NCBI GenBank assembly: GCA_049967475.1 | Contig: JBMFSQ010000015.1 | Coordinates: forward strand, 22,465 to 86,464 | Length of the DNA: 64,000 nt | Reading direction: 5' to 3' | DNA from: Chthonomonadales bacterium | Lineage (GTDB): Bacteria; Armatimonadota; Chthonomonadetes; Chthonomonadales; CAJBBX01 | Part shown: positions 54,864-64,000 of the stretch, piece after piece | Position numbering within the stretch: the first letter of the stretch is position 1 | How the letters are laid out: every line of letters begins with the position of its first letter | Notes under the pieces: generated by a model | Seen by the model: only the letters and a program-made list of their open reading frames with translations | Databases searched by the model: none | What the model was told of the DNA's origin: nothing | Position numbers and translations under genes: made by a program

Positions 54864-55613
54864 TCAACGCGTTCCGGAGAGGGTGCGCTGAACCATCCGC
54901 GGGTAGGCGAAATCCATCAACGCTTCCAAGTTCAGCACGTCCTGCGCGTTGTAGGCCAGCAATCGCTCGAGGGCTTTGCGGTCACCGCGCTGCCATGCGC
55001 GCCAGAGCAGGACGGCGTCATAACTCACGAGCCCGCGCACATCCTCCGGCCGGCGGATGCCCACGGCCGCTTCCACCTTCTTGAGGCCGCCGCGAAACCC
55101 GAGGCGCTTGAGGAGGGGGCAGAGGTCTATGTGGAGGTGGGGCAAGACGATCCCGTAGGCTCGGCGTATGAAGGGCAAGTCGAAACCGCTCCCGAAGAAG
55201 GTTACGAGGAGTGCTGCCTCTGCGAAGATTTCGGGGAAATCCTCCAGGTCAAAGCCCCGTATGTACTGCCGGACTGTGACGCCGTTGTAAGCTCCCACGA
55301 TGGTGAGGGTGTCGTATCCGGGCTCTCCAGTGGTTTCGATGTCAAGATACAGCGCGCGATCCTTGAAGTAGGGATAAGCGCGCCAATGCTCGCGTTGGGG
55401 GAGCTGGCGCGCGAACCACGCGTAGTCTCTTGCCTCCAGCCGTTCCAGAGAAGTCTCGACATGTTGACGGATCGCATCTCGCCGAGCTGGTGCGATGGGC
55501 AGACGGCATGGATCGTCGAGGAAATCGCGCCAGTTTCGAACGCCGGCGTTCCAAAGGCGGTGTTCCAGTTTGGATCCTACCCCGGGACAATGGATGAAGG
55601 TAGCTTCAAGCAT
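54864..55613 (-). CDS. YprB-like RNase H-fold exonuclease
   Basis: HCPGVG HhH, YLDIETTG, FDLPF, GGLKKVE and YNAQDV motifs. Confidence 0.88.
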   Translation of the reverse strand: MLEATFIHCPGVGSKLEHRLWNAGVRNWRDFLDDPCRLPIAPARRDAIRQHVETSLERLEARDYAWFARQLPQREHWRAYPYFKDRALYLDIETTGEPGYDTLTIVGAYNGVTVRQYIRGFDLEDFPEIFAEAALLVTFFGSGFDLPFIRRAYGIVLPHLHIDLCPLLKRLGFRGGLKKVEAAVGIRRPEDVRGLVSYDAVLLWRAWQRGDRKALERLLAYNAQDVLNLEALMDFAYPRMVQRTLSGTR

Positions 55614-56586
55614 CCTGCAGCGGCGACGGCAGGCGCACACGCGGATGTCGGCCCAGCGCCTGTTCCATGAACTGGAGGGTTTCGCCCATGGTTCGCACTC
55701 CAGCGGTAGCGCCGAGCCCCTGCACGCAGAACGCGCCCACGGCGTTGGCGAAGAGGGCAGTGCGCTCCAGATCCCAGCCTTCCAGTACGCCGCAGAGGAA
55801 GCCTGCATCCCAGGCGTCTCCTGTACCCGTGCCGTCCACGGCTTCAACTTTGAAAGAGGGAACGGTGAGTTCGGCGTCGGGCGTTTGCACGTAGCAGCCG
55901 CGTTCGCCGAGCTTGAGACCTACCACGCGAACTCCGGCGTCGCGAAGGGCGCGGGCGACGTCCCTGGGTGCTTCCAAGTTGGTAAGGGCTTGGGCTTCGG
56001 CAAGGCTGGGCAAAAAGTAGTCCGCATAAGCCAGGCAAGGGCGCAGAGTGGCCATCCACTTGCCCGTGGCGTCCCACACGGTGTCTAGCGAGGTGATGCA
56101 TCCCATATCCTTGGCACGGCGGAGCACGCCGGCCATCGGTTCGCCATCCAGGGCAGGCATCACCAAAGCGCCGGCTACGTGAAGGATGCGGCTTTCCTTA
56201 ATCACATCCCAATTAACGTCCTCTGCGGTATAGCGAGCGTTGCCTCCAAGATGGTGGAGGAATGTGCGCTCCCCGTCGGAACCCACCAGCACCATCGTGG
56301 CGGAGGTGGTGGCCTCTTCGTCCTGCACGACGCCGCGGATATCCAGGCCGTGCTTCCTCAGGGTGTTGACTACAAAGTCGCCCAGGCCGTCGGCGCCGAC
56401 CTTGCCGAGGACGGCTGTGGGAACGCCGAGTTTGGCCAAGTCTATGCCGGTATTCGCAGCGCACCCGCCGATATGAAGGGTCATCTGGTCTACGAGGCCG
56501 AGCCTTCCGCGTGGGGGAAGCGTGTCAATGGGTCGGCCCAGAAGGTCTGCTACAAGAATGCCCAAACAGGCCACGCCTGGCATCAT
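55606..56586 (-). CDS. PfkB-family carbohydrate kinase
   Basis: GGCAAN..G.D.LG and DGTGTGDAWDAGF motifs. Confidence 0.93.
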   Translation of the reverse strand: MMPGVACLGILVADLLGRPIDTLPPRGRLGLVDQMTLHIGGCAANTGIDLAKLGVPTAVLGKVGADGLGDFVVNTLRKHGLDIRGVVQDEEATTSATMVLVGSDGERTFLHHLGGNARYTAEDVNWDVIKESRILHVAGALVMPALDGEPMAGVLRRAKDMGCITSLDTVWDATGKWMATLRPCLAYADYFLPSLAEAQALTNLEAPRDVARALRDAGVRVVGLKLGERGCYVQTPDAELTVPSFKVEAVDGTGTGDAWDAGFLCGVLEGWDLERTALFANAVGAFCVQGLGATAGVRTMGETLQFMEQALGRHPRVRLPSPLQDA

Positions 56587-56710
56587 CAACTCCTCAGCGT
56601 GTGATCAGCGTTGACAGGGGGTAAGGGTAGGCCCTTCTTACGATAGTGTACCCGCCCGGAGGCGTCCGGATGCCATGTGAGTGCGTTCCGCCGTTGCAGA
56701 TGGCGATGGC

Positions 56711-58030
56711 CTATTCGGCAGGCGTTTCGGCTGGTTCGGCCGTGGCCGCTGTGCTGCTGCGGAGGTCTGCGTCGGCGGTGTAGACGGCCCGGATCACTTC
56801 GGCAGGCGTAGTTATGCCCCTCAGCACCTTTTGCAATCCATCTTCCATCATGGTCCTCATCCCTTCCGAACGAGCGGCTTTGTAGATATCCAGCATGGAT
56901 GCGTTGTGGGTGATGAGTTCCTTAATGGTGTGGGTATTGCGGAGGAGTTCGAAAACGCCTATGCGGCCGCGGTACCCTGTCTCGCGGCAGCTCCGGCAAC
57001 CCCGGCCGTGGTAAAAGACTTGTCGGGCTCCTTCCTCGAGTGTCATTCCCAGCGCAAGGATTTCTTCATCGGTGGGTCTGTATGCCTCCTTGCACTCAGG
57101 GCAGATGGTGCGCACGAGCCGCTGGGCGAGGATGCAGATGACTGTGGAAGCGATGAGGTACGGCTCGCCTCCCATATCCACCATCCGGCCGAGGGTCTCC
57201 ACCGCATTGTTGGTGTGAAGCGTTGTCAGCACCAAATGCCCTGTGAGGCTCGCCTGGATGCCGATGGAAAGAGATTCCGGGTCGCGCATTTCGCCCACCA
57301 TCATCACGTCGGGATCCTGCCTCAGGAAGGAGCGCATCACCCGCGGGAAGGTCATCTTGTCGGTCACCTGCACCTGGGTGATGTTGTCCTGGAATTCGTA
57401 CTCCACGGGATCCTCTACGGTGACGATGTTGCGCTGCACCCGGTCCAATTTGTTGATGGAGGCGTAGAGGGTAGACGTTTTGCCGGAACCTGTAGGTCCC
57501 GTGACGATGATCATTCCATAGGGGGTCTGAATGGCCTGGAGCCATGTTTTGAGGACTTCCGGGGGCATGCCCAGGGTGTTGATATCAATGTGGACGCCTG
57601 CGGGATCCAGGAGGCGCATGACGACCTTCTCGCCGTTTAGGGAGGGCAGCACGGACACGCGCGCGCTGAAGCGGCGGTTCATGTACTCCATATCAATGCG
57701 GCCGTCCTGGGGCTCGCGGCGCTCGTCTATATGCATGCCGGCTGCAAGCTTGATGCGGGCCAGGACGTTGGGTGCATATTCGTTCTGAAAGCTGCCCAAC
57801 TGGTGCATAACGCCGTCAATCCTCAGGCGGATGCGGGTGGCGGTGCGTTCAGGCTGCAGATGAATATCGGAGGCGCCTTGGTCCAGCGCCTCGGTGAAGA
57901 TGCGGTCCACAATGCTGACGCCGACCGTGGATTCCTCTCCTCCCATCTCGCGGGCGGCACCGCCCTCGCGGATGATGAGGCGGAACTTGCGTGCTCCCCC
58001 CTGTTGGGCTTGACCGAGCGTCTGGGCCAT
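56711..58030 (-). CDS. GspE/PilB-family secretion ATPase with short N-terminus
   Basis: ASDIH, PQDG, GPTGSGKT, EDPVEY, LRQDPD..GE, TGHLV..TLH and tetracysteine motifs. Confidence 0.95.
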   Translation of the reverse strand: MAQTLGQAQQGGARKFRLIIREGGAAREMGGEESTVGVSIVDRIFTEALDQGASDIHLQPERTATRIRLRIDGVMHQLGSFQNEYAPNVLARIKLAAGMHIDERREPQDGRIDMEYMNRRFSARVSVLPSLNGEKVVMRLLDPAGVHIDINTLGMPPEVLKTWLQAIQTPYGMIIVTGPTGSGKTSTLYASINKLDRVQRNIVTVEDPVEYEFQDNITQVQVTDKMTFPRVMRSFLRQDPDVMMVGEMRDPESLSIGIQASLTGHLVLTTLHTNNAVETLGRMVDMGGEPYLIASTVICILAQRLVRTICPECKEAYRPTDEEILALGMTLEEGARQVFYHGRGCRSCRETGYRGRIGVFELLRNTHTIKELITHNASMLDIYKAARSEGMRTMMEDGLQKVLRGITTPAEVIRAVYTADADLRSSTAATAEPAETPAE

Positions 58031-58156
58031 GGTGTCACGCTCCTTCCCGATCTACGGATGGCATCGTCCCCACCGTCCTATGGGGCATGTCAAGCCGATT
58101 ATATCATGGCGCAGAGCGCGTGTCGAGGGTGCGGGATCACCGAAATGTTTTGGGGG

Positions 58157-58205
58157 TTGACAGACGGCGCGCCTAGGCGTTAGAATAGGGATAATCGTTT
58201 TCCAT
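58157..58205 (+). promoter_or_regulatory. Sigma70 promoter with downstream Fur/Per-type operator
   Basis: TTGACA-N18-TAGAAT followed by GATAATCGTTTTCCAT. Confidence 0.75.
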
Positions 58206-58231
58206 AGATGGAGATTCTCTAGAGCGACGCA

Positions 58232-58684
58232 ATGAAACAATCCTCCGATGCCCGCTTCCGAGAACTTGTGGAGAAGCTGCGCGCACGCGGCGGCCGCATC
58301 ACCCCTCAGCGCATGGCCATCGTGCGCGTTCTGGCAGACAGTGCCACGCATCCCTCAGCCGAGGACGTCTACCGAAAGATCCGCGCCCAATTCCCCACAA
58401 CGAGCCTTGCGACAGTCTACAAGGTGATTGCCCAATTGAAGGAAATGGGGGAGGTTCTGGAGTTGGGTTTTGCCGATGGCAGCAGCCGCTACGACGGGCA
58501 TAATCCAAAGCCCCACGCCCATCTGATTTGCGTGCGCTGCCAGAAGATTTTGGATCCGGATGTGGGCGGGTTGGACACCCTGCCAACGGAGGTGGCCAGA
58601 GCTGCAGGGTACCGGTTGGTGGGGCACCGCTTCGATATCTACGGCGTGTGTCCGGATTGCCGTACCGCCGAGGAACTGCACTAA
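58232..58684 (+). CDS. perR: Fur-family repressor, PerR-like
   Basis: TPQR, HPSAED, SLATVY, RYD..PHAHLICVRC and C-terminal CPDC; upstream of katG. Confidence 0.88.
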   Translation: MKQSSDARFRELVEKLRARGGRITPQRMAIVRVLADSATHPSAEDVYRKIRAQFPTTSLATVYKVIAQLKEMGEVLELGFADGSSRYDGHNPKPHAHLICVRCQKILDPDVGGLDTLPTEVARAAGYRLVGHRFDIYGVCPDCRTAEELH

Positions 58685-58724
58685 GCCCTGGATGCTGCCG
58701 GTGTTTTGCTTCAGCACGTGCAGA

Positions 58725-58740
58725 ATGGAGAACGGTTCTC
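58725..58740 (+). promoter_or_regulatory. Second Fur/Per-type operator upstream of katG
   Basis: ATGGAGAACGGTTCTC (core palindrome GAGAAC-g-GTTCTC), 13/16 identical to the reverse complement of 58190-58205. Confidence 0.65.
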
Positions 58741-58944
58741 TGCTGAGAGGGAGTAGCGAAAGCAAATCCATTGCGAAACGACGTTATTGCGGCCCGCGCC
58801 AGGAGCTCAGCACCGGCATGGGAATGCGCGTGTTCTCCGGCTGGAGCTGGGGCGTCGTGAGCGCGCGGCGAGAGGAGCCCATCCTTAATCGGTACCTGCG
58901 GTGTTTGCCCAGTTTGTAAGATGCCCGTCGTTCTGTTTGCGTAG

Positions 58945-61158
<2,214 letters not shown>

Positions 61159-61184
61159 CCGAGCGCCGCGGTCGGCCTAGAACG

Positions 61185-61221
61185 GGTTCAGTGGACGGAT
61201 GCACAAACCGTCCACTGAACC
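61185..61221 (+). terminator. 14-bp perfect hairpin after katG
   Basis: ggttcagtggacgg-N9-ccgtccactgaacc; no U-tract. Confidence 0.6.
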
Positions 61222-61662
61222 GGTGAGATCGCCCGGATATTTGGCCCTGGCGGGCTTGCCAGGGTGGAGGCGGCAAACGGGCCGGTTTTCCAACCTGCAG
61301 GATTGGGGCGTCGTACGAGGAGCAGGACCGTCCACACCGGCAGAGGGCGCGGAGGGCACCCACCTGCTGCCTGCTCGATGCTTCATGGGCAGCTCTAGCC
61401 CCATGCCCAGCAGCCTCGGTGGAGGGTCAAGGCGGCAGCGGGGAGGTGTTCATCGGGCACGGAGACTTCCGGATGGCCGGCACACTACCGCGCCCGAGCC
61501 TGTTGGATGGGCAGCTCTCCGCTAGGCAATCGGGGGCGGAAAGGTGTCCATGGCGGGCGCAGTCGGCGGCTCCATTGGAGGGCCCTTTTCGGGACCATTG
61601 GGATTGCGCGCAGCCCGTCCAACAGGTACTATGGTGCCGACGCTGTTGCATGGAGCATGCGT

Positions 61663-62301
61663 ATGGCGACATCGTTACCGGATGACATAGTCGGAGAGAT
61701 CATAGCGGCCTCGACTACGGAGTTTACGGCCCGGTCACCCCAGGTAAACGAGCCCCCTCCTTTCGGATCCTTCGTGCGCGTGTGCAGCCCACTACGGGAA
61801 CCTGTAGAGGATGCGGACCCGTTTGCATCCGCGCCTCCGGATGGAACCTATGGGCTGGTTTGTGAGAGCGTTACGGCCAGCCTCGATCCCAACCGGCGGC
61901 CGGCAGCATTTGGTGCGGCGGATGAGGAGCAATTGAGGATGCAGCAGCCTCAGATCTTTGCGCTCCTCGTGACGGATTTCAAATGCCGCGTCGTGGCACA
62001 TGTAGAGCATGGAAAGGTGCGGCATTACCTTCCCGATCGGCCTCCGCGCCTCCACGCGCGTGTGGTTCGGTGCACTCCTTCGGAGACGCGGCACCTTACA
62101 GAACGGCTGGACTTTCTGCGCACGCTGGCGTTGGTTCCCACAGTTCCATCGGCGGAAGAACTCATTGCGGCGTGCCTTCGCAGGTCGGCAGCATGTCACC
62201 CGGATGCCGAGGGTTTTTTAGAGCGCGCCGCCAAGGAACTGGTACTCGTGCTCTCCGACGATGTTCCTCGGCTTACTGCCATCATGCGCAAACTCCACTG
62301 A
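61663..62301 (+). CDS. HAS-barrel protein of the type associated with HerA/NurA
   Basis: VGEIIAASTTEF..PPPFGSFV..QPQIFALL.T.F..YLP..PPRLH pattern. Confidence 0.7.
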   Translation: MATSLPDDIVGEIIAASTTEFTARSPQVNEPPPFGSFVRVCSPLREPVEDADPFASAPPDGTYGLVCESVTASLDPNRRPAAFGAADEEQLRMQQPQIFALLVTDFKCRVVAHVEHGKVRHYLPDRPPRLHARVVRCTPSETRHLTERLDFLRTLALVPTVPSAEELIAACLRRSAACHPDAEGFLERAAKELVLVLSDDVPRLTAIMRKLH

Positions 62302-62349
62302 CACTCCCGGCTTCGCGTACGGCCGGGCAATCTCTTTAGGAGAATACCG

Positions 62350-63120
62350 ATGAACCGCATCCGGCAGTCTGCTTCATGGTGGTGCTTTGTGCGCGGCGAC
62401 TTTACGCCCGAACAGTTCGTGCGCGCCGCGGCAGAGATTGGATACGAGGCCGTAGAACTGGTGGATCAGCAATATTGGCCACTCGTGAAGGATCACGGCC
62501 TCACGATTGCTTCTGTTGGAGCGCACGCTTCCCTCACCGACGGGCTCAACCGGCGCGAGAACCATGACCGCATCGAAGCCGAGATCCTGAAGAAGCTGGA
62601 ACTCGCCGTGCAATGGTCCATACCCAACCTCATATGCTTCAGCGGGAACCGTGCAGGTTTGGATGATGAGGCCGGAGCCGAGATTACCGCCGAGGGATTG
62701 CGGCGGGTGGCGAAGGCGGCTGAGGATGCCGGCGTGAACCTTGTAATGGAGCTGCTCAACAGCAAGGTGGATCACAAGGACTATCAATGTGATCATACGG
62801 AGTGGGGTGTCAAGGTGTGCCGGATGGTGGGATCCCCGCGCGTGAAGCTGTTGTACGATATCTACCATATGCAGATTATGGAGGGGGACATCATCCGAAC
62901 GATCCGGGGATACGGAGGTTTCTTCGGGCATTATCATACCGCCGGTAATCCCGGTCGAAGGGATATGGACGACACGCAGGAGCTGTACTATCCGGCCATC
63001 ATGCGTGCCATCGCCGAGAGCGGGTATACCGGCTTTGTAGGGCACGAGTTTGTACCCAAGGGGGATCCGGTGCAGGCGCTTAAAGCAGCCTACGATTTAT
63101 GCAACGTGGCTGTGGTATAA
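62350..63120 (+). CDS. hyi: Hydroxypyruvate isomerase family TIM-barrel protein
   Basis: [30 protein letters not shown] and QELYYP motifs. Confidence 0.9.
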   Translation: MNRIRQSASWWCFVRGDFTPEQFVRAAAEIGYEAVELVDQQYWPLVKDHGLTIASVGAHASLTDGLNRRENHDRIEAEILKKLELAVQWSIPNLICFSGNRAGLDDEAGAEITAEGLRRVAKAAEDAGVNLVMELLNSKVDHKDYQCDHTEWGVKVCRMVGSPRVKLLYDIYHMQIMEGDIIRTIRGYGGFFGHYHTAGNPGRRDMDDTQELYYPAIMRAIAESGYTGFVGHEFVPKGDPVQALKAAYDLCNVAVV

Positions 63121-63176
63121 TACCGCGGCCCGCGGCTACGGTGCGCAGCGGGTGAACGCTCAGTGAGGGAACAGAA

Positions 63177-63344
63177 GTGGCAGGAGAAGGGAAGAAATCC
63201 AAGACCAACGTTGCGGCGCGGCAGGACACCAAGGCAGCCGTACAATTGTGCCGGTATTGCGGCAAGAAGGTTGAAGTGGTGATGACCTTAGCGCCCAACG
63301 GCAAGAAGGTCATGGTTCGCAAGTGCTGCGGCGCCATGGCCTAG
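63177..63344 (+). CDS. 55-aa basic zinc-ribbon-like small protein
   Basis: MAGEGKKSKTNVAARQDTKAAVQLCRYCGKKVEVVMTLAPNGKKVMVRKCCGAMA; RBS gaggga; TG-g-TATAAT at 63113-63121. Confidence 0.72.
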   Translation: MAGEGKKSKTNVAARQDTKAAVQLCRYCGKKVEVVMTLAPNGKKVMVRKCCGAMA

Positions 63345-63518
63345 ATCAGCGGAACTACGCTCCCGCAACGCCCCGCCGCGTCAGAGAGGGTCTTTGGCGG
63401 CGGGGCGTTGCGCGGTTTCCGCGGTCTCAGGATGCGGAGTTGGGAGGGGGCTCACGGCGCGGTAAGGCGTGTAGTGAGCTCTGGATCCCGCAGTCCCGGC
63501 AGATTATGGAAGGGTGCT

Positions 63519-63704
63519 TTACCTCCCCGCAGACCGGGTGATCGCCTGAAGGGCTACTGCGGCCCAAGGGCTGGCCCCGGCGATGATCACCAAGGCAGCA
63601 AGGACGCACGCGATGGTGATTGCCACACCCCACCGCGCCCATCTCTCGTCGGCGCGCGGCGGCGCCTGATCCGCTGCTGCGGCCCTGTTCATGGATTGGT
63701 ACAT
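63519..63704 (-). CDS. Small single-TM hypothetical protein (61 aa)
   Basis: RBS gaggag before MYQSMNR; one hydrophobic helix. Confidence 0.55.
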   Translation of the reverse strand: MYQSMNRAAAADQAPPRADERWARWGVAITIACVLAALVIIAGASPWAAVALQAITRSAGR

Positions 63705-63961
63705 CGTCTTCTCCTCACAGATGCTTGAGGTGATTGCGGGGACTGCCGGCTGTTCTCCCCCTACGAGATCGCTGCCGGGCCCGTTCTCCCCCGATGTTCG
63801 GAGAGGCGTCCAACCCATTCATCCTCATTGTGCCAGTTCCGGGCGCGGACCATGCTGTGTGCAGTGCGGGTTTCTGTTGCGGCGCCCGGGTGTGCGGCAC
63901 CCATGCCGATCATTGCTTCGGGTGTCGCCGGCGTTGCCGTGAAATGGTCATTGTAGTGGTC

Positions 63962-63991
63962 TTGACAGGTTGTTATGGGATGTGCTAGTAT
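63962..63991 (+). promoter_or_regulatory. Sigma70 promoter for a gene beyond the window
   Basis: TTGACA-N18-TAGTAT with TG extension. Confidence 0.65.
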
Positions 63992-64000
63992 AGGTGTCGC

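Noticed and set aside
63519..63704. Flp pilin
   Set aside because: Lacks the G|xxxxEY prepilin motif.

Overview
GC-rich bacterial chromosomal window, probably Armatimonadota (inferred from a DUF1559/H-X9-DG prepilin-like protein, a PEP-CTERM-like protein and small thrombospondin-type monoheme cytochromes; not verified by search). It holds about 50 genes, with no rRNA, tRNA, CRISPR array or intact mobile element seen. The main feature is an ~11.4-kb co-oriented minus-strand respiratory/extracellular-electron-transfer (EET) cluster (4162-15567). In transcription order it encodes a DosR/NarL-type regulator, a monoheme cytochrome, UspA, a Cyc2-like cytochrome-porin fusion, an unknown membrane protein, a 2x[4Fe-4S] ferredoxin, a second monoheme cytochrome, a 13-heme CbcL-like c/b cytochrome, a 7-heme ImcH-like NapC/NirT cytochrome, and a Rieske / cytochrome b (PHWY Qo motif) / pentaheme complex, 28 c-heme motifs in total. 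The Cyc2-like and ImcH-like genes each contain one in-frame premature stop, so the ORF track splits them. Other notable items: an fhaA-microprotein-PP2C-kinase-HEAT-ECF sigma-anti-sigma-clostripain (Cys->Ser) signalling cluster, RHS/ankyrin remnants next to a membrane PD-(D/E)xK-like protein, a His-less pseudo-histidine kinase, a divergent group-2 sigma70, perR-katG with shared operators, and small genes below the ORF-track cutoff. The rest is housekeeping (accB, hom, coaBC, gmk, wecB, pruA, tsaD, rimI, iscS, comM, a Gld-like ABC system).
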